Origin: Sphingomonadaceae bacterium
GTDB lineage: Bacteria; Pseudomonadota; Alphaproteobacteria; Sphingomonadales; Sphingomonadaceae
Reading direction: 5' to 3'
Assembly (NCBI GenBank): GCA_041916635.1
Contig: JAYRZE010000001.1
Span: forward strand, 2,860,949-2,924,948
Length of the DNA: 64,000 nt
This document shows, in pieces, positions 18,186-28,531 of the stretch (position 1 is the stretch's first letter; the number at the start of each line of letters is the position of its first letter). The translations under genes were made by a program, and so were the position numbers. The notes under the pieces were generated by a model. That model was not told where the DNA came from. It searched no databases and saw only the letters and a list, made by a program, of their open reading frames with translations.

Positions 18186-20042
18186 GTGAAAATTCTGAAA
18201 TGCACCGCAGCCGCTATCGCCCTTGTGCCAGGGGCCGCACATGCGCGGGAAGCAAGCGACATTGTCGTCACCGCAACCGGAGTCGAGCAGCAGCGAGATG
18301 AAGCGGGTCAGGCAATCACTGTCATCGATCGCGCTGCACTCGAGCGCACCCAGACCAACGTCATCAGCGACATATTGCGCACCGTCCCCGGTGTCCGCGT
18401 CGCGCGCAATGGCGGGGTCGGAGGCGTCACCAGTACTTTCATCCGTGGCGGTGAATCCTCGCAGACGCTTGTCCTAATCGACGGCGCGCGCATCAACGAT
18501 CCGTCGAGCCCCAATGCCGCATTCGACTTCGGTTCGCTGTTGACGGGTAATATCGGCCGCGTCGAAGTGCTGCGCGGGCCGAACTCGGTCATCTGGGGCA
18601 GTCAGGCCATCGGCGGCGTGGTCAATATCCAGACGCTCGAACCGACCGAAGCGCTCGCGGTCAATGCCCGCGCCGAATATGGATATCGCAACACCGCCGA
18701 AGCACAGGCGAATGTTTCGGGGACCAGCGGCATCGCCTCCGGCAGCATCGGCGGCGGCATCTTCCGCACCGACGGGATTTCCGCTTTGGCTGCGGGAACC
18801 GAGCGTGACGGATACCGGAATGTTTCGGCGAACGGGAAGCTGAAGCTTGCCTTTACCGATGCGCTTTCGCTCGACCTGCGGGCCTATTTCAATCGCGGCC
18901 GGGTGGAATTCGACGACCCCTTCGGCGCAACGCCTGATACGTTCCCGGAAACCCGGAACCGGCAGTTCATCGGCTATGCCGGGATCAATGCCAGTTTCGC
19001 AGATGGCCGGTTCCGCAACCGGCTCGCCTATACCCGCACCGATCTCGATCGGAAGGGAAGCGAACCGAACGTGCCATTCAGCTTCAACGTCAATGCACTC
19101 AAAGGCACCATCGACCGGTTCGAATATCATGGCGCGTTCGACATCGCCGATGCCGCGACTCTGGTCTTCGGACTCGAGCATGAGCGGACCTTTGCCAGCA
19201 CTTTCTTCCCCGCAGGCGGCGGCTCGGCCCCGGACACCGCCAAGGCCAACGTCACGAGCGGTTTTGGCCAGCTTATCCTCAAGCCTCTTGCCGGCCTGAC
19301 GCTGACGGGCGGCGTCCGTTATGACGACTACAGCCGATATGGCGGTCAGACAACGTTCGGTGCCAATTTCGCCTACACGCCAGACGAAGGACGCACGGTC
19401 TTTCGCGGCACTTATGCCGAAGGCTTCCGCGCCCCGACACTGACAGAGGCGCTGCTTCCGTTCGGCAATACCGCACTCAAGCCCGAAACGGCGAAGAGCT
19501 TCGATTTCGGCGTCGAACACAGCGTCCTCGACGGGCTGATCGCCGCATCTGCCACCCTGTACAGGCGGACGAGCCACAATCTCATCACTTTCTCGTTCGT
19601 GACGTTCCAATCGGAGAATATTGCGGCGGCGCGGTCGCAGGGGCTTGAGCTTGGCTTGGCCCTGCGCCCCGCACCGAATCTCAGGATCGACGCCAACTAC
19701 AGCCTTGTCGATGCGAAAAGCCGTTCGGCGGACGCGACATTCGGAAACCGTCTCGCGCGGCGGCCAAAGGACAATGCCAACCTCTCGATCGACTGGAAAT
19801 CGCCGTTCAAGCTCGCCATCGGGGCCGGCGTCTCGATCACCGGCGACAGTTTCGACAATCTTTCGAACACCCGTCGCCTCGATGGCTATACGCTCGCCTC
19901 GATCCGGGCGTCATACCCGCTCAACGCCGCCATCGAGGTCTTCGGCCGGGTGGAAAACCTGTTCGATGCGAAATACCAGACGGTCTCGGGCTATGGCAGT
20001 TATGGCCGCAATGCCTATGCCGGAGTCCGGGCAAAATTCTGA
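18186..20042 (+). CDS. btuB: TonB-dependent cobalamin receptor
   Basis: TonB box IVVTAT, plug motif RVEVLRGPNSVIWG, C-terminal Phe. Lies downstream of the B12 riboswitch. GTG start. Confidence 0.9.
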   Translation: MKILKCTAAAIALVPGAAHAREASDIVVTATGVEQQRDEAGQAITVIDRAALERTQTNVISDILRTVPGVRVARNGGVGGVTSTFIRGGESSQTLVLIDGARINDPSSPNAAFDFGSLLTGNIGRVEVLRGPNSVIWGSQAIGGVVNIQTLEPTEALAVNARAEYGYRNTAEAQANVSGTSGIASGSIGGGIFRTDGISALAAGTERDGYRNVSANGKLKLAFTDALSLDLRAYFNRGRVEFDDPFGATPDTFPETRNRQFIGYAGINASFADGRFRNRLAYTRTDLDRKGSEPNVPFSFNVNALKGTIDRFEYHGAFDIADAATLVFGLEHERTFASTFFPAGGGSAPDTAKANVTSGFGQLILKPLAGLTLTGGVRYDDYSRYGGQTTFGANFAYTPDEGRTVFRGTYAEGFRAPTLTEALLPFGNTALKPETAKSFDFGVEHSVLDGLIAASATLYRRTSHNLITFSFVTFQSENIAAARSQGLELGLALRPAPNLRIDANYSLVDAKSRSADATFGNRLARRPKDNANLSIDWKSPFKLAIGAGVSITGDSFDNLSNTRRLDGYTLASIRASYPLNAAIEVFGRVENLFDAKYQTVSGYGSYGRNAYAGVRAKF

Positions 20043-20842
20043 TGCGGATGATCTGGCCCCTGCTGCTGCTTGGCGGTTGCACGCAGGGGCCGGCCATCGC
20101 GCCCGGCAGGATCGTTTCGAACAACCCCTGTATCGACGGCATTCTTGCCGAAATCGCCGATCCCGCCAGCATTGGCGCGATCAGCCGCTATTCGCAGGAA
20201 CCGGAAAGCAGTTCCGCCCCGCTCGACTGGGCAAATCGCTTTCCGGCCATCGGCACCAGTGCCGAGGAAATCCTTGCGGCAGCGCCGAGTCTTGTCCTGT
20301 CGGGAAACTATGCCTCGACTGGTACAAACACGGCACTCGAAAAGGCCGGAATCCCGGTCCGGAGCTTTGGTGTTCCGGCCACCCTCGATGAGAGCGAGGC
20401 GCAGGTCGCAGGCATCGCCCGAGCCATTGGCCGCGACACGCAAGGCGCGGCGCTCATCGACCGGATGAAACAGGCTACCCGCCCCACCCCCGGCACTCAA
20501 AGCGCCATCATTTGGCAGACGGGCGGCTTCGTTGCCGGCAAGGGAACGATCCAGGATGAGATGCTCAAGCGCGCGGGCTTCCGCAACGCCAGCACCAGAT
20601 ACGGCCTCAAGCAATGGGATATCCTGCCGCTCGAGACAATCCTGCGCGATCCTCCCGATGTCATCTTCACACCCGTTTCAGGCATCGGGGAAGACGCACG
20701 CGCGCTGGCGCTTCGGCAGCGTGTTCTGCGCCACCTTGCCGGGCGGACCCGCATCATCGCCTTTCCCGACCGGCTGCTTTTCTGCGGCGGTCCCACCGTG
20801 ATCGAAGCAATGCAGCGCTTGCGCGGCGCGAGGGCGTCATGA
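20042..20842 (+). CDS. btuF: Cobalamin ABC transporter substrate-binding lipoprotein (BtuF-like)
   Basis: Lipobox LGGC, RIVSNNPCIDGIL, class III SBP pattern, operon context. Confidence 0.8.
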   Translation: MRMIWPLLLLGGCTQGPAIAPGRIVSNNPCIDGILAEIADPASIGAISRYSQEPESSSAPLDWANRFPAIGTSAEEILAAAPSLVLSGNYASTGTNTALEKAGIPVRSFGVPATLDESEAQVAGIARAIGRDTQGAALIDRMKQATRPTPGTQSAIIWQTGGFVAGKGTIQDEMLKRAGFRNASTRYGLKQWDILPLETILRDPPDVIFTPVSGIGEDARALALRQRVLRHLAGRTRIIAFPDRLLFCGGPTVIEAMQRLRGARAS

Positions 20843-21792
20843 GGAAGCTGCTTGTCCTGCTGGTTGGTGCAGCCTTCCTTTTCTCGCTGATGGCCGGGAA
20901 GGTCTGGATCGCCCCTTCGGACTGGTTCGCCGACAATGCCGACGGCTGGATCATGGCCGAACTTCGGCTCCCTCGGGCGATCCTGGGGCTTGGCATCGGC
21001 GCTGTTCTCGGGCTTTCCGGCGCCGTCCTGCAGGGCTATCTCCGTAACCCGCTGGCCGATCCTACCGTGGTCGGCGTTTCGTCGAGTGCGGCGCTGGGCG
21101 GAGTGACAGCAATCTTCCTCGGACTTACAGCTCATCCGATGGGGTTGTTCGGCTGCGCGATGCTCGGGGCCGCGCTGGCAATGCTCCTGCTTGCCGCGAT
21201 GGCTGGGCGGAGCGGCGGGCCGCTGGGGTTCATCCTTGCCGGTATGGTGCTTTCGACGCTGGCCGGCTCGCTGACGGCGTTTCTCATCAGCATTTCGCCC
21301 AATCCTTTTGCGACCAGCGAAATCATTGCCTGGCTGATGGGCGCGCTGACCGATCGCGGGATGGACGATGTAATTCACGCCCTGCCCTTCATGCTGCTCG
21401 GTGGCATGATCCTGCTCGGAACCGGACGCGGGCTCGACGCGCTGACGCTGGGTGAGGATGCAGCGCGAAGCCTGGGGTTCAACCCGACGCGCGAGCAATG
21501 GCTGATCGTCGCAGGCGTCGGGTTGGCCGTCGGGGCATCGGTTGCGGTTTCGGGCGTGGTCGGCTTTGTCGGCCTGATCGTTCCGCATTTCATCCGCAGC
21601 ATGTTCGGCGAACGCCCGTCGGCGATCCTCGTTCCATCGGCGCTTGGCGGCGCGGTCCTGACCTTGACGGCAGACAGCCTTGTTCGCCTCGTTCCCGGAG
21701 CAGGCGAGGTACGGCTCGGCATTGCAATGGCAGTGCTCGGGGCGCCCTTCTTCTTCCTCCTGCTTGGCCGCATCCGGAGCCGTGCTTCATGA
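20839..21792 (+). CDS. btuC: FecCD/BtuC-family ABC permease
   Basis: ELRLPRAIL, LRNPLADP, GVVGFVGLIVPH. ATGA-coupled start at 20839. Confidence 0.88.
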   Translation: MRKLLVLLVGAAFLFSLMAGKVWIAPSDWFADNADGWIMAELRLPRAILGLGIGAVLGLSGAVLQGYLRNPLADPTVVGVSSSAALGGVTAIFLGLTAHPMGLFGCAMLGAALAMLLLAAMAGRSGGPLGFILAGMVLSTLAGSLTAFLISISPNPFATSEIIAWLMGALTDRGMDDVIHALPFMLLGGMILLGTGRGLDALTLGEDAARSLGFNPTREQWLIVAGVGLAVGASVAVSGVVGFVGLIVPHFIRSMFGERPSAILVPSALGGAVLTLTADSLVRLVPGAGEVRLGIAMAVLGAPFFFLLLGRIRSRAS

Positions 21793-22538
21793 TCGGCGCG
21801 AATCACCTGACACTGACGCTCGGGGGACGGACGGTCCTCGACGATATCAGCTTCGCCCTGGAATGCGGCCGCGTGACCGCGATTATCGGCCCCAATGGCG
21901 CTGGCAAGACCAGCCTGATCCGCGCGCTTGCCGGGTTGCTGCCCGGCCCCGTCCGACTCGATGGCCAGCCGCTGGAAGCCGTCTCGCTGGTCGAGCGGGC
22001 GCGGCGGATCGGCTATCTGCCGCAGGACGGCGAGCCGGCCTGGAATGTCACGGTGCGCGAACTGGTCGCGCTCGGCCGCCTGCCGCATCGCAACCGGCTC
22101 GCAGCGCCTTCGGTCATCGATGCGGAGGCCGTGTCGGCCGCGCTTGCAGCAACCGACACTGCGCAACTCGCCGATAGGACCATCGACACGTTGTCGGGGG
22201 GCGAAAGAGCACGGGTCAAGATGGCGCGTGTCGTGGCAGGCGACCCAGACTGGATTCTCGCAGACGAGCCGCTTGCCAACCTCGATCCGCCGCACCAGCG
22301 CGACCTGTTCACGCTGCTCAGGGCGGCAGCCGCAAGCGGCAAGGGTGTGGTTGCAGTCCTTCACCAGCTCGACGCTGCGGCGCTTGCAGACGACATATTG
22401 ATCCTGAAAGAGGGAAAAGTCGTGGCGCTCGGTCCCGTGCGCGAAACCATGACTGCGGCCAATCTGGAAATCGCATTCAGAATGGCCTTCGACGTGTTCG
22501 AGCACCAGAGACGAATCGCGATCCTGCCCCGGGCCTGA
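21789..22538 (+). CDS. btuD: ABC ATPase (BtuD/FepC type)
   Basis: GPNGAGKT, LSGGERARV, LADEPLANLD. ATGA-coupled start. Confidence 0.88.
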   Translation: MIGANHLTLTLGGRTVLDDISFALECGRVTAIIGPNGAGKTSLIRALAGLLPGPVRLDGQPLEAVSLVERARRIGYLPQDGEPAWNVTVRELVALGRLPHRNRLAAPSVIDAEAVSAALAATDTAQLADRTIDTLSGGERARVKMARVVAGDPDWILADEPLANLDPPHQRDLFTLLRAAAASGKGVVAVLHQLDAAALADDILILKEGKVVALGPVRETMTAANLEIAFRMAFDVFEHQRRIAILPRA

Positions 22539-22582
22539 CACAGCACCCGACCAACTGCACCAGGGCTTCGACGAAGTGTCTT

Positions 22583-22600
22583 GATATGGTGTAACATTGC
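22583..22600. promoter_or_regulatory. Putative Zur box
   Basis: GATATGGTGTAACATTGC resembles the 18-bp alphaproteobacterial Zur palindrome (GNNATGTNATNACATNNC). A partial inverted copy lies at about 22608-22626. Confidence 0.55.
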
Positions 22601-22644
22601 CTCTAGGGGCAATGTCACATTATCACATCAAGCAGGAATCCCCC

Positions 22645-24723
22645 ATGCCGCGTCGCATATCGCTTTATTGTGCATCAGCATTGCTCGCCCTCGCTGCCCC
22701 CGCGCTTGCGCAGGAAGCGCCCGACCAGGGACATGGCGATCACGACGCGGAGGGCGGGGAGATTGTCGTGACCGCGCTTCTCGGCCGCAACCAGGCCGAC
22801 CTGCTCTCCGGCACCTCGGTCGTGGCTGGCGAAGACCTTGCGCGCGAACTGAAGCCAACGATCGGCGAGACCCTGTCGCACCAAGCAGGTGTTTCGGCGA
22901 CATCGTTCGGCCCCAATGCCTCGCGCCCGGTGCTGCGCGGCTTCCAGGGCGAACGCGTCCGCGTATTGGCCGACGGGATCGGCAGCTTCGACGTGTCGAA
23001 CACCAGCGTCGACCACGCCGTTGTCATCAACCCCCTGACCGCCGACCGGATCGAAGTGCTGCGCGGCCCTTCCGCGCTGTTGTTCGGATCATCGGCGATC
23101 GGCGGGGTGGTGAATGTCATCGACAGCCGGATTCCGAGGCAAGTGCCGGAAGAGGCTGTCCATGTCGACGGCCTTGCCACCTATGGCTCCGCCGCGAACG
23201 AGCGGTCGGGCGGCGCGCGGATCGACGTTCCGCTTGGCGACCGGTTCGTCCTCCATTTCGACGCCAGCTATCTGAAGACGGACGATCTGGAAATCGGGGG
23301 CGCTGTCCTGACCCCTGCCCTGCGCGCGCAGGCCGCCGCAAGCCCTGATCCGGCAATTGCGGCGCTCGCCGGCCTGAAAGGCAGGCTGCCCAACAGCGCG
23401 GGGCGGACATGGGAAGTGGCCGGGGGCGCGGCCTATGTGACGGGCAACGCCAATCTCGGCTTTTCGGTCAGCCGCTATGACAGCCTTTACGGCGTGCCGG
23501 TCCGCTACTCGCTCGATCCAGCGATCGAGGCGGAAGCGGTGCGGCTTGACGTGAAGCAGACCCGTTATGATGGCCGCGCGGAAATCAATCCTGCGGGCGG
23601 CCTGCTGGAAGCGGTGCGGCTCAGGGGCGGTTATGCCGTTTACAGGCATAACGAGCTGGAGGAAGACGGCGCTATCGGCACGACCTTCAGGAACAAAGGT
23701 GGAGAGGCGCGGCTGGAACTGGTCCAGCGGGAGCGCGGCGGCTGGAAGGGCGCTGTCGGTTCGCAGCTTGTTATCCGCACGCTCGACATTGTCGGGGCAG
23801 AGAAATTCCTGCCGAAAAGCAAATCGCAGCAATACGGCCTGTTCACTGTCCAGTCCTTCGATCTGGGCGCGATACGCGTGGAGGCAGGCGGGCGCGTGGA
23901 GCATTCCATCGTTTCGGCCGATGCCGACGCCATTCTGGGCAACCCGGACATCCGCCGCAAGTTCACGGCACTTTCGGGCTCGCTCGGGGCAAACATCGAA
24001 TTCGCGCCCGGCTGGCGCGCGGGGCTGAACGCTGCCTATACGCAGCGCGCGCCTTCGGCCGAAGAACTTTATCCCAACGGCCCGCACGCCGGAACGCAGG
24101 CGTTCGAGATCGGCGATCCGACGCTCACCAAGGAGAAATCGACCGGCCTTGAAGCGACGTTGCGCGGCAAGGGCGAAGGATATTCGCTTTCGGCTTCGCT
24201 CTACTACAGCTGGTTCAACGACTTCATTTTCGAAACCCAGACTGGGGCGATCCAGGACGACTTGCCGGTGTTCCAGTTCGGCCAGGCCAATGCCCGATAT
24301 TATGGCACGGAAGTGGAGGCTTCGGTCCGCCTTGGCATGGTCGGCGCCTTCGCCATCAATCTCGACGGCGTGGGCGATTTCACCCGCGCCTCGATCAAGG
24401 GCGGGGGGCCCTTGCCCCGCATTCCGGCGCTCCGCCTGCTCGGCGGGATCGAAGCGCAGTCGGACGCTTTGACCGGCCGGGTCGAGGTCGAATGGGTCGA
24501 TGGACAGGACCGGATCGCCGCCTTCGAAACGCCGACCAGCGGCTATACATTGGTCAATGCGTCGCTTGCCTTGAAACCGTTCGGTACGGATTCGAAGTTC
24601 GATCTGACGCTTTCGGCGAACAACATCTTCGATGTCGATGCCCGCCGTCACGCGAGCTTCCTGAAGGACTATGCCCCGCTTTCCGGTCGCGACGTCAGGA
24701 TTGGGCTGCGCTTCTCCTTCTGA
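22645..24723 (+). CDS. TonB-dependent receptor, ZnuD-like
   Basis: Signal peptide, His/Asp-rich GHGDHD, GQAGVSATSFGPNASRPVLRG-type plug, NGPHAGTQAFE, ARRHASFLKDYAPL, terminal Phe. Confidence 0.88.
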   Translation: MPRRISLYCASALLALAAPALAQEAPDQGHGDHDAEGGEIVVTALLGRNQADLLSGTSVVAGEDLARELKPTIGETLSHQAGVSATSFGPNASRPVLRGFQGERVRVLADGIGSFDVSNTSVDHAVVINPLTADRIEVLRGPSALLFGSSAIGGVVNVIDSRIPRQVPEEAVHVDGLATYGSAANERSGGARIDVPLGDRFVLHFDASYLKTDDLEIGGAVLTPALRAQAAASPDPAIAALAGLKGRLPNSAGRTWEVAGGAAYVTGNANLGFSVSRYDSLYGVPVRYSLDPAIEAEAVRLDVKQTRYDGRAEINPAGGLLEAVRLRGGYAVYRHNELEEDGAIGTTFRNKGGEARLELVQRERGGWKGAVGSQLVIRTLDIVGAEKFLPKSKSQQYGLFTVQSFDLGAIRVEAGGRVEHSIVSADADAILGNPDIRRKFTALSGSLGANIEFAPGWRAGLNAAYTQRAPSAEELYPNGPHAGTQAFEIGDPTLTKEKSTGLEATLRGKGEGYSLSASLYYSWFNDFIFETQTGAIQDDLPVFQFGQANARYYGTEVEASVRLGMVGAFAINLDGVGDFTRASIKGGGPLPRIPALRLLGGIEAQSDALTGRVEVEWVDGQDRIAAFETPTSGYTLVNASLALKPFGTDSKFDLTLSANNIFDVDARRHASFLKDYAPLSGRDVRIGLRFSF

Positions 24724-25382
24724 TCGCCTTCCTTGAGGCGCGCCAGCCGCAAGCCGATAAGCGCGAAGCCCGCGCCCCAGAGCCAGCCCCCCAGCACGTC
24801 GCTGGGCCAATGGACGCCGAGCAACAGACGCGACGTGCCGATCGCTGCCGCCAGCAGCAGCGCAAGGCCGATCCAGAGCGGCCGTCGCGCCCGCGCCAGC
24901 AGCAGCGCGGCGAGGAGGTATATCGCCATGACGTTCGTTGCGTGCCCGCTGGGAAAGGACAGGCTGGTGACTGTATCGAGATGCGGCACCAGGTCCGGCC
25001 GCGCACGCCCGAACGCCTCCTTGAGCAGGCTTGATGTTGCCCCGGCAACTGGCGGCGCGACGGCCATCACCAGCGCCGCCCGGGGCCGCTTGCGCCAATA
25101 GAGCAGCCCGGCGAAGGCGACCATCGCAAGGCTGCGCTGCGCAGGCTCGCCGAACCAGGAAACCCACTGGACCAGCGAGATCGCGATGTGGGGCGTCGCA
25201 TGTTCGCGAAGCGCAACGGCCTTCATGATCGCCCGTTCGACCGGAAATCCGGCCTTCAGGGCTGCAAGCACCCCAAGCGCGATTGCAAGGACCATCAAGA
25301 CCAGCCCAAATACAAGTGCCCCGCGCACGACCGGCGTTTGCGCGGCTACCGTAATACTATCGTTGCCGGGGCCGTCGTTCAC
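24669..25382 (-). CDS. PAP2-family membrane phosphatase
   Basis: KEAFGRARP, SFPSGHA, SRLLLGVHWPSDV motifs. Confidence 0.93.
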   Translation of the reverse strand: MNDGPGNDSITVAAQTPVVRGALVFGLVLMVLAIALGVLAALKAGFPVERAIMKAVALREHATPHIAISLVQWVSWFGEPAQRSLAMVAFAGLLYWRKRPRAALVMAVAPPVAGATSSLLKEAFGRARPDLVPHLDTVTSLSFPSGHATNVMAIYLLAALLLARARRPLWIGLALLLAAAIGTSRLLLGVHWPSDVLGGWLWGAGFALIGLRLARLKEGDQKEKRSPILTSRPESGA

Positions 25383-26647
25383 TGTGCAGCCTTCACGACC
25401 GCCCCGCCCTTGATGACCACGTCCACATGCTCAAGCGCGCGAACGTCGGCAAGTGGGTCGCCCTTGACGGCGATCAAGTCCCCATAACGGCCAACTGCAA
25501 TTGCCCCGACATCGCTCTCGCGGCCAAGCGCCTGCGCGGCATTGAGGGTCGCGGCCTGGATCGCCTGCAACGGGGTCATTCCCCATTCGACCATCTTGGC
25601 GAACTGCAGCCCATTGTCTCCATGCGGATAGACGCCGGCGTCCGAACCGAAGACCATCGGAACGCCCGCCCGCACCGCACGCTGGAAGGTCTGGCGCTGC
25701 TTCAGGCCGATTTCCTTTTCCTTGTCGAGGCTTTCCTGCTCGGTGCCGTTCGCCGTGCCGGTCGCGAGAATATAGTCGTCATTATAGACATCCATCGAGA
25801 ACCAGGTCTTGCGCTGTGCCGCGAGCTTGATCGTTTCATCGCTTGCAAGGCTGCAATGCTCAATCGTGTCGATGCCAGCGAGGATCGCCGTTCGAATTCC
25901 TTCGTCGCCATGCGCGTGTGCAGCGACGTTCAGATGGAGCATGTGCGCCTCATCGGCGACGGCCTTCATCTCCTCGAGAGTCAGCTGCTGGCCACCGACA
26001 GAGTCGCCGAGCGAAAAGACGCCACCCGTGGCGCAGATCTTGATCACTTCGGCGCCGTATTTGTGCAACCAGCGCACCTTGGCCCGCGCCTCGTCGGGAG
26101 AATTGACGACACTGGCTTCCTGCCGGTCATATTGCGGCGGCAGTGCGTTGCTATCGCAATGCCCGCCTGTCGCGCCGATCGCATAGGCCGCCGGCACGAT
26201 CCGCGGCCCGACCGCCCAACCACCGTCGATCGCTTCCTTCAGGCCGACATCCTGAAACTGGTCGGAACCCACATTGCGGACCGTTGTGAAGCCGGCATTG
26301 ATCGTCTTCATCGCGTTGCCGACGCTCACCGCACTCCAGAAACTGTCCGTATGCTTGAAGCCGTTATAGCCACCGATCTCGGCGAGTGCGGTCAGATGGA
26401 CATGCATGTCGATCAGGCCGGGGAGCAGCGTCTTGCTTCCTAGGTCAATCCGCTTCGCGCCTTCCGGTACCTGGAGGTTTCCCTGCTGGCCAACCGCCGT
26501 AATCCTGCCATCGGTCACGATGACGACCGGCTTCTCGATACGCTTGCCGGCCACCACGTCGATCATGCTGGCTGCGCTGATCGCAACGGTTTCTGCAGCG
26601 GCAGGAGCCGCAATCGCAATTGTGAAAGCAAAAAACACCCGCCGCAT
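25379..26647 (-). CDS. Secreted amidohydrolase (Xaa-Pro dipeptidase-like)
   Basis: LPGLIDMHVH, IKICATGGV, AAHAHG, IEH, FGSDAGV. Confidence 0.93.
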   Translation of the reverse strand: MRRVFFAFTIAIAAPAAAETVAISAASMIDVVAGKRIEKPVVIVTDGRITAVGQQGNLQVPEGAKRIDLGSKTLLPGLIDMHVHLTALAEIGGYNGFKHTDSFWSAVSVGNAMKTINAGFTTVRNVGSDQFQDVGLKEAIDGGWAVGPRIVPAAYAIGATGGHCDSNALPPQYDRQEASVVNSPDEARAKVRWLHKYGAEVIKICATGGVFSLGDSVGGQQLTLEEMKAVADEAHMLHLNVAAHAHGDEGIRTAILAGIDTIEHCSLASDETIKLAAQRKTWFSMDVYNDDYILATGTANGTEQESLDKEKEIGLKQRQTFQRAVRAGVPMVFGSDAGVYPHGDNGLQFAKMVEWGMTPLQAIQAATLNAAQALGRESDVGAIAVGRYGDLIAVKGDPLADVRALEHVDVVIKGGAVVKAAQ

Positions 26648-26676
26648 ACCAATCTCCCTTGTATCAAAGGGAGGTG

Positions 26677-27084
26677 CTAGCGGTTGGGAGCCCCAGCTGT
26701 CGAGCCCTCGCCGGTCGATGATGCGTCAGCACCGGACGAGTGGGTATTCGACGGGTTGTCAAGAGCGCTCCCCGCGTCCCATAGCGCCTCATTACCATAG
26801 CCCGTAACAGGCGGCTCGATTTCGCCGGGGCCAGCCTGGACCTGTACATCCCGGTAGCCGACGAGCCCATGAAGCGCATTGCCACCAGGAGACGGCCGTC
26901 CCGGTCCGGGTGGAGGCGGAGGAGGCGGGGAAAGCGTCGTCGAACCGCCGGCCGGGTTCTGTGCCGAATGCGGGAGCGGCGGCGGCGAAGGCTGGGAAGT
27001 AGGTTCACGCCCGTTCGATTGGGCGTGCGCGATCGGAGGCAGGATCAGCATGCTGGCAAGGGCAAGACCAACGGTACGTCTCAT
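26677..27084 (-). CDS. Secreted Pro/Ser-rich hypothetical protein
   Basis: Signal peptide ending AHA-Q, polyproline run. Confidence 0.55.
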   Translation of the reverse strand: MRRTVGLALASMLILPPIAHAQSNGREPTSQPSPPPLPHSAQNPAGGSTTLSPPPPPPPGPGRPSPGGNALHGLVGYRDVQVQAGPGEIEPPVTGYGNEALWDAGSALDNPSNTHSSGADASSTGEGSTAGAPNR

Positions 27085-27136
27085 GACGTCGTGTATCCGG
27101 CCAAAGCCATGCCGATGTCAAATGGGCGTTGCTCGA

Positions 27137-28531
27137 TCAGATGTGCAGCGCTCGCCCATAGGCCCCGAGGACGCTTTCGTGCATCATTTCGCTCAGCGTC
27201 GGATGCGGGAACACTGTATCCATCAATTCGCGCTCGGTCGTCTCAAGCGTCTTGCCGACCACATAGCCCTGGATCAGTTCGGTCACTTCGGCGCCGATCA
27301 TATGCGCGCCAAGCAGTTCGCCGGTCGCTTCGTCGAACACGGTCTTGATAAAGCCCTCCGCCTCGCCCAGCGCAATCGCCTTGCCATTGCCGATGAAGGG
27401 GAATTTCCCCACTTTCACTTTGTATCCAGTCTCCTTCGCTTTCGCTTCGGTCAGGCCCACGCTCGCGATCTGCGGGTGGCAATAAGTGCAGCCGGGGATG
27501 TTGAGCGGGTCCATCGCGTGCGGATGGTCGCCGGCAATCGCTTCGGCCGCGATCACGCCTTCATGGCTGGCCTTGTGCGCAAGCCAGGGCGGAGCCGTCA
27601 CGTCGCCGATCGCCCACAGGCCCGGCACGTTGGTCCGGCACATCGCGTCGGTATCGATATGGCCCTTCGTCGTTTTCACGCCGAGTTTTTCGAGGCCGAT
27701 ATTTTCCGTATTTGGGACAATGCCGATGGCCACGATCGCGTGGCTGAATTCGCCCGACACGACCTTCCCACCCTTCGCCTTGATCTTTGCGGATACGCCC
27801 TTGGCGCTCGCCTTGAGTTCCTCGACGCCCGCGCCGGTCATGATCGTCATGCCCTGCTTGGTGAGCGCCTTTTCAAGGAAATCGGAAACCTCGGCATCCT
27901 CGACCGGCACCACGCGATCGAGCATTTCAACGACCGTAACTTCGGCACCCATATCCTTGTAAAAGCTCGCAAATTCGATTCCGATCGCGCCGGACCCGAT
28001 GACGAGCAGCTTGGTCGGCATTTCTGGCGGGACCATTGCATGACGATAGGTCCAGATGCGCTTTCCGTCGGCCGGGGCAAAAGGCAGGTCGCGCGCGCGG
28101 GCGCCGGTTGCGATGATTATGTTCTTCGCCGCCAGCTCTTCCGCCTTGCCGTCCTTGGTAACGGTCAGCTTGCCCGGCGCCGTGATCGCGCCATCGCCCA
28201 TATGGACGGCGATCTTGTTCTTCTTCATCAGGTGCGTCACGCCCTGGTTGAGCTGCTGCGCAACACCGCGCGAACGCTTCACCACGGCGTCGATATCCGC
28301 GCTGATCTTCTCCGCCGCGAGGCCATAGGCCGAGGCGTGCTGCATATAGTGATATATTTCCGCCGAACGAAGCAGGGCCTTGGTCGGGATACAGCCCCAG
28401 TTGAGACAGATTCCGCCGAGATTCTCGCGCTCGACGATCGCGGTCTTCAGGCCAAGCTGGGCTGCGCGGATCGCGGCGACATAGCCGCCGGGTCCTGAAC
28501 CCAGGACGATCAGATCATATTGTTCGGTCAA
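27137..28531 (-). CDS. lpdA: Dihydrolipoyl dehydrogenase (E3)
   Basis: GSGPGGY, GGICLNWGCIPTK redox disulfide, HPTLSE. Confidence 0.98.
   Translation of the reverse strand: MTEQYDLIVLGSGPGGYVAAIRAAQLGLKTAIVERENLGGICLNWGCIPTKALLRSAEIYHYMQHASAYGLAAEKISADIDAVVKRSRGVAQQLNQGVTHLMKKNKIAVHMGDGAITAPGKLTVTKDGKAEELAAKNIIIATGARARDLPFAPADGKRIWTYRHAMVPPEMPTKLLVIGSGAIGIEFASFYKDMGAEVTVVEMLDRVVPVEDAEVSDFLEKALTKQGMTIMTGAGVEELKASAKGVSAKIKAKGGKVVSGEFSHAIVAIGIVPNTENIGLEKLGVKTTKGHIDTDAMCRTNVPGLWAIGDVTAPPWLAHKASHEGVIAAEAIAGDHPHAMDPLNIPGCTYCHPQIASVGLTEAKAKETGYKVKVGKFPFIGNGKAIALGEAEGFIKTVFDEATGELLGAHMIGAEVTELIQGYVVGKTLETTERELMDTVFPHPTLSEMMHESVLGAYGRALHI

Noticed and set aside
23089-25167. 692-aa minus-strand ORF, and similarly long ORFs at 26879-28498, 42815-44326, 52652-54457 and 56379-57956
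   Set aside because: These are antisense or alternative-frame shadows of well-supported genes, as expected from high-GC codon bias. They contain no motifs.
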